Below, piece by piece: positions 35,201 to 48,930 of a stretch of 64,000 nt of DNA. The stretch is from Monocercomonoides exilis PA203. Lineage: Eukaryota > Protista > Preaxostyla. Each line of letters starts with the position of its first letter. The first letter of the stretch is position 1. Location of the stretch: assembly GCA_001643675.2 (NCBI GenBank), contig LSRY02000018.1, positions 1,116,001 to 1,180,000 on the forward strand, in the 5' to 3' direction. Below the pieces are notes generated by a model that was not told the DNA's origin, did not search any database, and saw only the letters and a list, made by a program, of their open reading frames with translations. A program made the position numbers and the translations under genes.

Positions 35201-38200
35201 CTGCCACTCACATTCCCTTCGCACAGCAGCCCACAGGTGAGCACCAGCTCCACCGGAAGCGGAGCATCCAGCGATGAGTCGTTGACTGTCACACTCGCAA
35301 AGGCAGTCGCTCTGGTTGGCCCGCACTCAATCGACGTTGAGATCAAATAGCCGCCAGACTCAGCCACAGCGCCGGTGCTGAAGTTTCCTCTGTCATCGGT
35401 GTAATACGTGGCAGCTGCTTGTGAGGCGATGGAGGTGATGGTGACGGGGTGGTTGGGGATGGGAGTGAGAAGAGAAGAAGAAGAAGAAGAAGAAGCAGTT
35501 GAACAAGCAAATACAACACTGCCTGTGATTGCCTTTGGAGCTGGCAGATGAGACTGGCAGAGGTTTGTTCCCTCGGGTGGGCGGAAAGGAACACGCACAC
35601 GAGGATCAAACAGGCCATTCACAGTGATGTTGGCCAGCTCCATTCCAGGCTGTGTGTTGCTGGCAAGGTAGAGCGTATATTCCCCCACTGGGACATTCTG
35701 TGCTTCTCCTACGCCTTCTTCATCGGTGTCGAAGAGATAGTAGAAAGGGGACATAAAGGAGTAGAGGAGGAAGGAGTCTGAGACAGGGACGAAGGGGATG
35801 TCACATTGAGGACAAGAAGAGGAAGAGGAAGAGGAAGAAGAAGAAGAAGAGGTAGAAGAAGGGGTGTTGCAAGCTAAGCAGACTTCAACATAGACTGTGG
35901 ATAAATCAGATGGCTGCGACTGGAGAGGGATGTTTGATGTGTTTTTGGGTGAAGTGAGGCTGGGAAGGAGAGAAAGAGAAGAAGGAAAATGAGAAGAAAT
36001 AGGAGAAGGAGAGGAAGATGATGATGATGATTTTGTTTGAGAAGGTTTTTGTCTCAGAGATTTTGCTGGTTTTGTGTTGAGAGAGGCAGAAGGAGGGTGG
36101 TTGATGAATGAAGGGGAGAAAGAACTGAAAGGAGAAAAAGAAGAAGAGGAAGGAGAAGGAGAAGAAGGTGAAAATGAGGAAGAAAAGGGAGAATTGTTAG
36201 AAGAATCAAAAGGAGATTGGAAAGAGCCAAAAGAGGAAGTGTAGAACTCGTCAGGTGCTGAAGAAGAAGGAGAAGCAGAAGAGGAATAAACAGGCTGTGA
36301 TTGTGTTGTGATTGAAGGCTCTTTTGGAAATGAGTCAAAATTGATGTCTCTATCTGCAAATGGCTTGAAATGAGGAAAAGAGTCAAAATCTTCCTCTGTG
36401 TATTTGCCTTCCTTTCCTTTTTTTGCTGGCAAAGTGGAAGAAGATGTCGATTTAGTCGTTACAGTTGTCTTTGTTGATGTCTTCGTAACGGTTTTTTCTT
36501 CTGTGTTTCCATCTTCCTGTTTAGTGTTCTCTCTTCTTTTGATTGTCTTGCTCCCTTCGCCTTCATTCTGCTTCTTCTGCTTCTCCTTCTCTTCTTCGCT
36601 TTTCACAAACAACATCACTTTCCCTTCTTCATCATATACTCTTTCTCTTCCTTCTCTTTCACTTTCTTCTCTTTCTCCAGCCACAAACATCACCCCTTCA
36701 TCTTCGTCTGGCTCAAACTGGGCAAATTCACTCATCCACCCCATCATTCCATTCACATCTTCATTTTTTCCTCTTTTTCCTCTTTTTTCTTTGTTCTCCT
36801 CTTCAATCATCTCCTTCATCATCTCCATCGCTTCCTCTTCCTCTTCATTTGCCTCAGAAACTTTATATTCCACGCCTTCTTCCAAAAACAGAAGCAAACT
36901 TCCTGTTTGGGGTGTTCGAAATACACCTCGATTGTTCACTTCTGGATGAGGAACAGGAGGCAATGGATGGATCTTTAAGAGGGAATTTGGCTTTGGAATA
37001 CATTTTTGATTGCCTTTTTCTTCATTCTCTTTATTTTCATTGTTTAATTTTGTTGATTTTGCATTTAAAGGCTTATTTTGAATTTTGGTGGTCTTCGCTT
37101 TTCTGATCTTAACAGAAGGAGAATGAGAAGGAGAAGAAGAAGAAGAAGGCAATTTTGATTCATTTGGAGATAATTTTTGTGTTGAAGTATTTTCCCTTTC
37201 TTTTGAGCTGATTTCACTTTCACAGGAAACAATATGCACTTCCACAAGAGGAATGACATTTGAACAGAGAGCATCAGAGGAAAGAGGGAAAGAGAGGAAG
37301 GTGTGCTTATTTGGAAAGAGTAGAACTTCGAAAGAGGAGGAAGAGGAAAGAAGAGGGGAACGGAAAGAAGAAGGAGAGGGAGAAGGAGAAGGAGAAGGAG
37401 AAGGCAAAGAACGGGAAGAAGAAAGAGGAGAAAGGTTTTTGAACGAAGTAGAAGAAGAAGATGTATTTGCAATAGACTTGCTGTATGCAACAGGAAGAAG
37501 ATAACGCTTTTGAGTGTGTTTCAATTGACTTCCTCTTTCAAAATTGGTATTTTCATCTAATTCTTCAAAAGATATGTCATTTTTTGTGTCTTCTTCAGGA
37601 ATTTCTGTGCTTTGTTGATCAAAAGCACCAAGGTCATTTGATAATAATCCATTTTTATTTGCTAAATTTATGTTTCTATAAGAAATATAAGGTTCATTTC
37701 TCATCTTTCTCTCATTTGAAATTTTCTCAATTTTTGGCTTAATTCCATCTTTATCCTTAACCACTTTCACTTTTTGTTCTTTCTCTTTCTCCTTCTCTTT
37801 AATTTTATCTTTCTCCTTCACACTTCCCTTTAACCAATTGCTGTTTAATTTGTATCCAGCGAATTCTGCCTCCACATTCAGCCGTGTTCTGCCTGGGCGC
37901 AGCTTCTTCACAGAAAAAACGCCTTCTTCTCCAATTTGAACTTCGCGACTGGAAAACTCGTCACCCATAAGAGGAAGTTTGAGAGAAGAAGAAGATTTCT
38001 TTTTGATTGTGGAACTTTTTGTTGATGAAGAAGAAGAAACGGAGGAGGAGGAAGAAGAAGAAGAAGTTGATGTTGATGGTTTCTTTACTGCTGGTTTGAC
38101 TGATGATGAAGAAGAAGATGAAGATGAAGCAGAAGATTTTGGTTGTGTTTTGTCTGTTTTCGCTTTTCTTTTGATCTTCGATGTTGCATTCCCTTCATTC

Positions 38201-40138
38201 ATCACATTCAACCCTCTCATCAACTCTGCCGCATCTTCATTTCCCATCAAAATATTATCATTTCCTTCTCCTTCTCCTTCTTTACCATCTTCTTCTTCTG
38301 CTTCTGCTTCTGATGCCACTTGTTGCAATCCGCTTATCTTTCCCTTTGAGATCGGAATGAAGTTGTCTGTGCAGTTGCCTTCGCCCGCACAATCCACGCA
38401 AACAACACCAGTCAGCGCTGCTTGGCACATCGGATGGTATCTGAAGGAGGAGTCTTCATTAGACAGGGAATTGGAGGATGAACTGAGAGGAGGAGAAAGA
38501 GAAGAAGAAGAAGAAGAAGGTGAGTGAAGACGCAAAGAAGGCACAAAAGGCGAAAGAGGGAAGAAAATGTGGACGATATCTGGCTGTCCATAAAGCGACA
38601 AGGCGATTGTTGTTGGCGACGGCTGTGGAAAATGAGCAGACAGAAAAGAAGGAAGAGTCAGAGAAACGGTGCAGTTGACTGTGCTTTGTGCTTCTGTTTG
38701 GGCTGAGTCTGCATCTGGAATAGAAATAGCTGTTTGGCTTTTATTTTTATTTTTATTTTTGAGAAGGGTGTTTAGATTTGAAAACACAGCACATCCCCTT
38801 CGGATAGACTGTGTGATGTTTGGGAAGATGTTATTTGGAGAAGATAGTGTCACAACTGAGCCGTCAAGTGGAATGGAAAACGAAGAGCAATGTTCAGCTG
38901 ATATGAATAGAAAGAAATATTAATAAAGGAAATAATAATTGTTATTGGATATTTTGGATTGTTTGAGTTGAAACAATATTTCAGAGAAAAATTCAATGAA
39001 AAAGATCAAAATAAGAAGAAAGAATGGTAAAAAAAATCAATAGAATAGCATTAAACAAGTTTTAACTTAAAAAAAGAGCATACTTTCATCGCAGTCGATG
39101 CATGCACTCACAACAACAGTGGATTGTTTGTATTGGCATTCATTCATTGATTCGGCTGGAGTGAAGGCAATTTGAACAATGTTGAAGGCTGAACTGGAAT
39201 TGGCATATATCTGAGCTTCTTTATACAAAACAGAGGATCCGTCGACTTTATGCGAAACACATTAGAATGCCACAGAAATTAGGAAAAAAGAAATTTGAGT
39301 AATTTGTTAAAATAAGATGCATTTATAATAAAAAAAATGTGCAAACATTTTTTAACTCTCAACGTGTAATCTCCTTCAGCTGGCAAATCAAAAAGGCAGA
39401 CCCCGTTTCTCACTTTTCCTTCAAAAAATATGGCTCCGTTAGCAGAAGCCCCACACCAAATGTTCTGAGTTTGAAGAGTTTCAAAAGCATTTGAGTCTTT
39501 TGACTCGTTAGATCCACAATCATGTACAAGGACGATTTCAGCAGGAATTGATTTCGTTCCTATAATGCTTCTAAGAACAAATTCTTTCTTTGAGTCTTTC
39601 ATGTTGGCAAAAAAAGTCTATTAACAGCGAAAATTAAAGAAAAAATTCACAAATGCATATTAGAAAATAGCATACAAATGAAGGGTTTCCAATAGCATTT
39701 TCCATTTGAATCAAAAATTTCATGGTTTTTGGACTTTCCGAAAAATTGATTTTGTCAAAAGAAATTTTAACATCAACAGGGTGTTGTGCATCTCCAATGT
39801 TTTGCAAAAGTTGAAAATCTTTTTCTTTCCTTGCAATGACATGGATATTTTTCGCACTTTGCGATGAAACATTTGTTATTTTACAGTCTGAAGAAACAAA
39901 TAAAAATTCGTTTAAAAATTCCATTCAAACCTTCGTGACAAAAAATTGAAAATTCCGAGGAAGAAAAATTAAGAGCATTAAAATATGTAATAGATAATTC
40001 TATTTGATTGTTTTGTTTTGTTTTTGTTTCTATTACGCAAAACGGCGAGTTATTTTGATCATCAGCAAGTGCCTTATACTTCAAGCTAGAAGCAGTTCTT
40101 AGCAAAAAGCAAAGACACAAAATAATGTAACTTTGCAT
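29278..40138 (-). CDS. Very large secreted protein (~3,500 aa) with repeated SdrD-B/Cna-B/carboxypeptidase-regulatory-like beta-sandwich domains and Ser-rich linkers; four 5' introns
   Basis: Signal-like MQSYIILCLCFLLRTASS. Small ORFs 39881-40138, 39634-39924, 39279-39602 and an exon near 39084-39242 splice through GT-AG into the 3191-aa ORF. Motifs 'TD..G.Y/F...VP.G.Y' and 'CxDC...G.C' recur. Confidence 0.8.
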
Positions 40139-40779
40139 CTAAAGTGCGAAATTAGAGATTTACCGAAAGAATTTCCTTCAAAGCCCCATGTTTTACAATG
40201 CCTATCACACATAAAAAATCATGGGATCACAAAGGAATAAAGTGTTATTTTGGGGATGAAACAAAATATTTCATATGTGTTGATGATTAATAAATCAGTG
40301 CATTACCCCAAAAAAATATTCATAAAGTATTTGTTATTTTTTGAGGTTTTGATATATTTTTCAATATCTCGCAAATGTTTATATTTTTGTAAAAATGAAG
40401 AATAATGTTCTGGAAAAAAAATGATAGAAGAGCTCAATGCATTGCATAACTATCATGAAAGTGCACCGTTTTCAATTATAAAAACGCCAATAGTGCTCAC
40501 ATTTGTAACGTTAATAAAATAAACACAAAAGCATTTAAATTTGAAATAATTTTCTTTCAGAAATAAAAATTCATAAACAGTCTCAAAATTTTAATAAATA
40601 AGTTGAGCAAAATATCTTGAAAGAGAAATTCATATAAAAATAAAATAAAGTTTTGAGTGCGACAATCTCTTTAATGAAATACAATTTATTGCAACAGATA
40701 AAGAAAAATAAAAATAATTAAAAAATATGTTTTTCTCTTTACAGCTCTCGGATTCTGTACGGAAAACTCAATTATATTA

Positions 40780-43133
40780 TTAATATTTTACAAGTAAATT
40801 AGTCTCCTCTGCATCCTTCCTTCCAATCTTTCTTTTCTTGAGCCAGCATCCCAAGCACACAAACACCCCAATCAATATCCCCAATGCTGCAACACCTCCA
40901 ATTGCAATTCCAACAATTGCACCAACAGACAGCTTCGGCTTGTTATCTTCATCAACTTTCTTGATGTTTATCGCTTGGTTGTTGAGCTCCCACATGTCAG
41001 CGCTGAGCGAATCTGAGCCATTTCCTGCAATGTTGACCCACACATACACAAATGGCTTCTCGGGCACCTCAGCCGAAAGACTGGAAAGATCCACTGGTTT
41101 CTCCATGAAAAACTCAAAATATGGCGAACCTGTAACTGGATAAGAGGAAGATTCCGACAATGAAAATGGAGCAGAAGGCGCAGAAGAGGATTTCAGAGCA
41201 GTGAAACTCGATTCTGGATTGATCACCTTGTAAGACAGAGGAACGATAATGTGCTTTTTTTTAGAAAATAAAGGAGACTCATCAGAGTCGAGACTAATCC
41301 ACAGATGTGGATTAAACGGAAAATAGTTCTTGCCGCTAAGATGCAGCGCCGGCAGCATTGGATAGTCTTCAGAAAGCATCGTACGTGGTGAGACAGTTGA
41401 TGTTGTTGCTGCTTGAGCACTGCATTTAAACCATTTGCCTGTCGTCCCGTTCAGATGCTGTTCGCACACATCATCACAAATTGAGTCTGGAGCAACGTAT
41501 ATTTTGTTGGAATACAAAGCAGCAGACGTTGTTTCACTTGGAGCTGTGCTTTCAAAGCCCAGCATCTCCTTCTTTCCATTTGCCATTCCGTCTTCTGGCA
41601 TCTTCATTCTCAGAATAGAATTCTCGCAGCTGATGTCGAGTGGATATTGTACTCCGCTTTCGCTCATCACGTTGCTATTCCTTTTCAACTGATCAATCAG
41701 CACATGCGCTCCTTTCTCCACAGTGACAGCAGCTCGCTGGCTGTTGCTGAATGTGTTGTTTGTCAAATGAACATGAAAGGCTGTTTCGTCTTCGTTTTCA
41801 TTTTTCTGGTAAAGCTTCTCATTTTCTGCTCCCAAAGCAGCGACAGCTCCTCCACAAGGCATGAATGCGAGTTTATTGAAACTGCTCAGAAGATGGTTGC
41901 GGGCTGAAGAAGAAGATGCAAATGAAGAATGAGTACTCAGACATGCATTCTCATCAAAAACAGTCTTTTCTACAACAACAACTGCCTTTGTCGCCTCATC
42001 TCCAAGAATTCTATTTGTATTTTTCTTAAAACTCTTTTTCATCCCTCCGTTCCTTTCGAAATATTTATGTCGAATGTTCTCATTGTTAATTTGTTCAACA
42101 ACATAAAGCCCTCCTCCTTTCTTATTTGCTGTGTTGCTTGAAAAATGAGACCCAGAAATACGAATTTTTGTACCAAAATCTGCTTCTTTGCCTGCATTTC
42201 TTGTTAATAATACACAAATACCTCCTCCATTATCTGCCTTGTTTTGCAAAAAATCACAATCTGTCAGTGTGTAGGTTTCCAAATTATGTTCGTGATTATC
42301 ATGTGCAATTGCATTTTCGGTATGGACTGGACTATTAATGTCAACTTCCCAATAAATTGCTCCTCCTTCAACTGCATCGCAATTCTCAAATTTTGTGCTT
42401 TCCAAGTTTATTGATTTGGCATCATTCGAAATTTTTAGCGCTCCTCCATTCTTACCCGACAAATGAGTAAATGTTGCTCCTTTTATTGTTGCGCTTGATC
42501 CTTGAGAAAGTTCTATTCCTGCGACCGAAGTAGTGCAATGATTTCGAATGGTAGTTTTGTATTCTTTCTGATCTTCATTTATTGATTCCAAGTTTAGTGT
42601 GGAATCAATTCCAACAATAAGCGCAGAGGTCCTTGTACTTGTTCCTTCATTCCATGATCCACTAATGTCGCATCCTTTTATGGAAAATACTTCACATTGC
42701 TCAATATAAATTGCTGAATAGTCATTTATAATAATTGAACATTTAACAAGATTTGCGCTGAGAATCAAAAAAATTTTATGGAGTTAAAATAAATTGAAAT
42801 ACAAGAAAAATACCTTTTAAGAGCCTTGAACGAAAACAATGGCTTCTTTTGTTCTTCATCCAGTTTCAAAGATTTCGATCCTTCACTTTGTTGGATTGTA
42901 AAATCAGTCAAGCCTCCTTTGTTTATTTCAATAGGCAATATATGTTTTTCGTCATCTTGAGGATCAATGTCTAGCGTTGTCTCACTTTGGAAGAATTCAT
43001 CCTGTTTGTTCAAAGTCTTGCATGGCTTTGTTTGATCATTTACTTCACAATTCTCATCGTTTCCATCATTCATGCGAATATACCAAATGTCTTTGGAGTA
43101 AATTGAAGACAAAATTATCAAAAAGAGAAGCAT
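40780..43133 (-). CDS. Type-I membrane protein with GGAI beta-helix repeats and short cytosolic tail; one intron 42758-42813
   Basis: Signal MLLFLIILSSIYS; C..PCKT module; GGAL/GGAI/GGGI/GGGL repeats; TM VGAIVGIAIGGVAALGILIGVFVCLGC; tail DAEETNLLVKY. A 56-nt GT-AG intron restores the frame. Confidence 0.85.
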
Positions 43134-43766
43134 TTTCAAAGATATGTGACAATTGAAATAAATTATGGATTCAATGAATGTTGAACATGAGAAATCCGAA
43201 CTGAACATACAGAAGAATTTTACATAACATTTTGTTCTCACCAAACAAAAAAAAACAATCTTTTCTTATAAAAAAAAACCTCAATTGAGTTGGTAGTTGA
43301 AGGAAAATATTTTATTAAAAAATAAAAAATAAAAAAAAGCAAACAACATCTCTTATAAATTAAATGAACACAATTCTTGATCGATAATATTACACTTTTG
43401 TAAAATGTTGAGTTGCATTTTTTATTATTTGCAAAAAATTGATAAATACCAAAAACACATTAAAAATTACAATTCTCGAGAAAAATAATTATTGAAGGTT
43501 TTCCATTTAAAAGAAATCATTTCTGCAATGAATTTCAAAAAAAATAAAACAAAAATAAAAATAAAAATAAAATCTTTTTCAATTTGTAAATTTTTAATTT
43601 TTGTAATGTGTGAAATATTTGAAAATATAATCAATCATGTGAGAACCTAATATTTTTAATTTAAATTGCTGAAATTCAGTCAACATTTCCTTTCTCGACA
43701 AAAAAAAGCGAAATGTGAACGAATCCCTTAAACTTTTCTTTATTTCTTTATGAAAAACAGGGATAT

Positions 43767-45266
43767 TTATTTTTGAAGAGGTTTGAATTTGTATCTTAGC
43801 AAATATCGCTCATGTCGTGATATAAGGAAATTTTTGTACCATCTTCGCAAAATTCTATGAATGCAATAGACAATATCTTCGTATCCCTCTTCTTCCAGCT
43901 TTGCAAACATTTTTCTTTTCGTAAGCAATGCTCCTGTATCTGTTTTCTCAATTCCTGAGTTTTCGTTCAATCTGCTCAAAAGCATTGAAATGAACATCAA
44001 GCAGTGGCACACAGGGATATCTTTCAAAGAAGGCTGAGTGACTTCTTCCAAAACAAATTCGTCTGCGCCTCCTTCCAAAAAGTCATCAACACTTGCAACT
44101 TTCTTTCGGTTCATGGACTCCATTAGAAGCATGCTATTTTTGTGTACTTCTTCGTTGCATTCTCTTGCTGTTCTGCACATCCTGACAACGCAAGCAATCA
44201 ATTTTGCAATTTCTTCGCTTTTCACTTCGATGCATACAAAACACTTCTCAAGCATATAGCACCATTTTCTGATCACCCATTCTGCTTTCATTTCTTTTTC
44301 ATCCTTTTCTTTATTCTTCTGCTCCATCTCTTTTCTCAACTCTTCCAGTTCATTGACAACTTCCCTCTCAAAATGAAGCGAGTCTGTGATCTCTTTTTTC
44401 AACTCTTCTTCGTGGCTTAATCTGTCTATTAAAAACTCCCAAGCGGACTGATAGGCAAGATGTGTGAGATTGCGATGCTTCTGGTGATATTTGATGATAT
44501 CCATTATCTCGTTCAGATAAAGTTCTTTTTCAATAAACTATTTTAAAATGCAAATGAAACAAGAAGGTTATCAAAGAAATTTTTTTTTAAAAAAAAGAAT
44601 ACCTCTAATTGCCCAATATTGCTCAAAGCCAGCAATGCCATTTCCACTTCCATTCGAGCTTCCTCGTCTTCCTCTTTTTTCAATGCTTCTTTCAGAAAAC
44701 AAGGAACGCACACATAAAGCAAATTTTTATCAATTCCATGATAATCATCAACATTTCGATTCAAAAAATAGCACTCGCAAAGATCAATCAATAAGTGATA
44801 ATTTTTATCTTCTTTTTTGTTTTCTTCATCGCATATCATCGTTTCTAATCCTCCCGACAATGAAGAAAAATAAAAGTTATTGCTATATATTCCTTTCAAT
44901 TTTTTGCAATAGCCCGTACGCTTCAGTAGCAAAACAGCGTTTTCTAACAACAATTTCTTTTCTGTAATCATTTTGTAAAGCTTGTCAAACAGTTTCACGG
45001 TGAAGGAGGACCAAAACTGTTCCTCTTCCATTGCATCTACCAAATGGCTCATTTCATTGATTTTTTGATGTTGTTCCTTTTCGTTGCAAAATTTAAGTTC
45101 GGAAAATAATCCTTTTCCTATTTATTTGTTTTGTTTAATTTCTTTGCAAATAATCCAACAAATTCTTCCAAAGAAAGAAGGACACACTTTCAAGCTTTTC
45201 TTCTTTTGACTCTAAATGTAATTCTCCATTTGAGCTACTTTCTTGATTTGCCTGCGCAAAAAGCAT
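43767..45266 (-). CDS. Lineage-specific expanded helical (ARM-like) family protein, paralog 1, multi-exon
   Basis: Motifs LFSEL, EVEMALLALSNI, YHQKHRNLTHLAYQSAWEFLI and LEEEGYED are shared with 54747-56150. GT-AG introns near 45111-45187 and 44540-44602; the start is tentative. Confidence 0.75.
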
Positions 45267-46049
45267 AACCTAATTCTTAAAAGCTTTCGAAAAAAACATT
45301 TCAATCAAAATTCATATATCATATCTAAAAATTGTAAAAAATACTGAAATAAATTTGAATTTTTCAAAGCTTAAAACGAACATTGAGAATACTTTCTTTT
45401 TCGAAAAATATATGATGGAACATAAGATCAACATACAAAATAACTTTCTTGTGTAAATGCGATGTGTTTTATTTCTTCAATTCTGTTGATTGTTAGTGGG
45501 CTAAACCTGAGTGACGCACAGTAATTTTTGCTGCCACGTCCGTCAGTGATTTCTGTTCACGTCAGTGAATTTTTTTTTTTTTTAAAAAAAAAAAAGAGTT
45601 CGTTTAAAATGGTTCAGACCCTAATCCATTTATATGTTTTCTTTACACATTATTTTGTAAATATTTTCTATGTTTAACATGTAATATCTTATCCCATAAA
45701 TAGATTTCCATTTTTTCTTTGAATGAATTGTTCCTTTGTAAGAATTGTTGCGCATTGATAATGTGATAATGTTCATTTAGTGGTTGCAAACTTATTGTTT
45801 ATTCCATAAATTTTCTGTAAACAACTTTAATAGTTTGAACTTTATAAAATTAATCTGATTTTTCATTTTTCATCGTTTTTAAAAAATATTTCAAAGATAC
45901 AATTCATACATTCATTTCTGTGAGGAAGATGGCTTTAAGAAAACACTGAGTGAATCTTTAATTGGAATATTCTAAGAATTTTTCTCAAAAAAAATCTCTT
46001 TTTCGATACATTTTTCCATATTGACATTTCTTTTTCTTCTTCTCTTCCG

Positions 46050-47869
46050 TATTCGTTTTTATCTCCACACCACTCGATCGCTTCTTTCTGCTAATTGGTG
46101 CAACATACTTCTACCAAATAAGATCTCCAAATGACACTCTTGTTCATGTTGGAACTGAATCTCTAAGAGAAACATCTGGAAGACTGACTGCTTTTGATGA
46201 GAACAGCCATTGCTTCGAATGGTGTGAATGGAATGATTCAACTGGTGGATCAAGCGACGGAGTCGCACTTTCAGTTACTTGCATTAATGCAATTCTCGCA
46301 ATCAAATCTTGCTCATTCAACAATATTTCAACAACTGGGGAAGGAGGAGCATAGCATTGTCAAAGTTTGTTGAATGTCAACATCACAAAATCCACTTTCT
46401 CAGGTTGTTCGGGTTCTTCTGGAGGAGCTTCTTAAAAATCAATTCCTCAATCTAACTCTATTTGGACATTCTCAGAATACAGAGTGAAAAGCTGCTCAAT
46501 AATAAGCACGATTGGAACTGGTTGGTATTTTGGAATCTATAGCACGCCTTCAAATGCTCAATTCCTGTTTTCCAAATGCAAGTGCATCGCAAATTCTGGA
46601 AACGATTCAACTGGTGCTCTAACATTCAATTGACCTCCTCAAATAAAACCAAATCAATTTTCAATCAATGAGCGTATATTCATCAATAATAAATTGACAA
46701 ATTCAACTACAAGTGGTGGAGCTGGAATTATTACGGAAGTGACATTTCCATGGATGAACGGAGTGAAATTCATCACATTCTGTTTCTTTGATAGCAACAC
46801 AGCAACAAATGGCAGAGGAAACGATGTGTTCTTCAATAGCAGCAGCATTACTCAATCTCCTTTCCAGCAATGCGGCTCAACAACTCCGACTAAAAGAGTG
46901 TTTAATTATGGAATAGCTGATAATACCGTGTGCAACAGTTGGCTCCCCCTCTTCGCTCAGAACAAAATCGTTTCCAGCAATGGAACAAACACCAATCTCT
47001 GCGGAATCACATAGCTCAGTCCATGCAAAACAATTGAATTCTCTCTTGTTCACATGACAGATATCCAAGACGCCTCTCTCACTCTCCTTTCCTCAATATT
47101 TGTTCCAACTCAAACACTCACCTTCAGCGCGGTTGACACCATAATCACAGGAAATGGTACAACTGCCACCACAATCGCCTCCAGTGGAATTACTCAGCCA
47201 CAAAACTCACATTCACAGTCATCACAGTCATCATCATCATTTTCATCAACATTTTCTTCACCAGATCCATCTGCCTCGTCTGCCCTCTTCCAACAGACCC
47301 AGGGTTCCCTCACAGTCTCTGCCCTCGCACTCGCCCACAACTCCACAAATCAAATCACCCCCATCCTCTTCCACCTCTCCGATAACTCCCCTTCCCTCAC
47401 TCTCAACACAACCACCATCACCGGAACAACCCCATCTTCATCATCAATCACCACACCCCTCTTCTTCCTCACTGCTGGCTCCCTCACCCTCAACCACACA
47501 GCAATCACCAGTCTCGCTCTCAACAGCCAAAGCATCTTCCACCTCACCTCCCTCACAAATCCCCTCACCCTCAACTCCTCCAACATCACCCACATCACCT
47601 CCACAGCTTATCCCACCAGCTGTGTCCTCTCCTCTGCCACCTCCCCTGCCCTCTCCCTCTCCCTCACCAACTGCACCATCACCAACATCAACTCAGAACA
47701 GTTGAGCCAACAGACTGCCACCAATGGCGGGTGCATCTTATTCACCTCGTCTGCCTTTGCCAACTCGTTTTCAGTAAAAAGAAAGAAGTTCAACGAGAAT
47801 GAGATGAATGAGAAAAATCGAAGAATGAAAAAGAAGAAAAAGAAACAGCTTCTTAAGTTTTATATGTGA
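46050..47869 (+). pseudogene. Captured, decayed fragment of the beta-helix surface receptor family (Ser/Thr-rich subtype)
   Basis: 'FITFCFFDSN..GRGNDVFF', 'WLPLF' and 'LCGIT*LSPCKTIEFSL' (TAG at 47012-47014), then GGCILF. Further stops and frameshifts upstream; homology ends near 47775. Confidence 0.8.
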
Positions 47870-48076
47870 ATGCAATAAAAGTATCGAAACAATATTAAAC
47901 ATCTTTTTCCACAGTTTTCGAGATATATTCTGTGTTAATCTCAATGTTTAAAATTTTTTTGCAAATATAGAAGATCTAATAATTTTTAATCAGTTTTTAT
48001 TTTGATATGAAATGTTAAAAATTAAAAAAAACCTCAAAACAATGATGTTTGCAAATGAAAAACATGAACAACAACC

Positions 48077-48930
48077 TCAACAGTTCATCCAATGCTTTGT
48101 GCCTGATGAATGTCTTTTATCTTCCAGTTTGTGAAGCATCCCAGAGATGATTCTTTCACAGTTGGCTTCAGGATAAATTTCGAGATCTTCAAAACAATCG
48201 TCTTCCATCAAATTATTTTCTTCGAACGGTTGAGATAGAGTATATTTAGCTTTCTTTTTTGATAATAACACTTGTTAATTATAAATGTGCAGATGATGAT
48301 AATGAAGATTATTATATAGAAATTGATGAAGAAGAAACAGATTAAGAAGAAAATTAAGTTGATAATGAAAATTCATCTCATGATAATTCATTTCTTATTG
48401 GGACGTAATCATCTCCACCATTATTTTCTTTGGCTTGATAGAATTAATATTCATCTGCTTCATCAAACGTATCCAAATTTTCTTCATTAACTGAGTAAAA
48501 ATTTTGGATGAATAATTTCATTCTTTAATTTCCGTAATAAGCAGGAGCACAGAAAATTTTTCATTTTTGCTTGACTCTTTGTTGATTTCGCTTTCATCAT
48601 TATCTTTTTCTGTAGATGATCTAATTGTTGAAAAAATGTTGATTTCACAATTCAACTGATAATTATTTTTCGTTTTCAAAAAATCTCCTTGAAACTCCAG
48701 CTAATGAAGATATTTTTGGTTCTCTCTTCAAAGATCTAAATGAAGAAAATTGATTATTATCAGCAGGTGACCAGAAAGAATCTGCTTTCGAGTGATAAGA
48801 AGTAATTTATGAAGGAAACAAATAAATAATTCAAATATATTCTGTTAATAACAAACTATTTCAGATGTAAGCATGACATTTTTTCCTTCAATAAACCGAA
48901 TCGCTATCATTTTTCTCTTAAATTCATGGA
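48077..48930 (-). pseudogene. Decayed 5' part of the element's own ORF (acidic/Ser-rich)
   Basis: Fragmented reading frames (SKADSFWSPADNNQ.., ENLDTFDEADEY.., EDDCFEDLEIYPEANCE..) begin just inside the right subterminal motifs; many stops. Confidence 0.4.
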
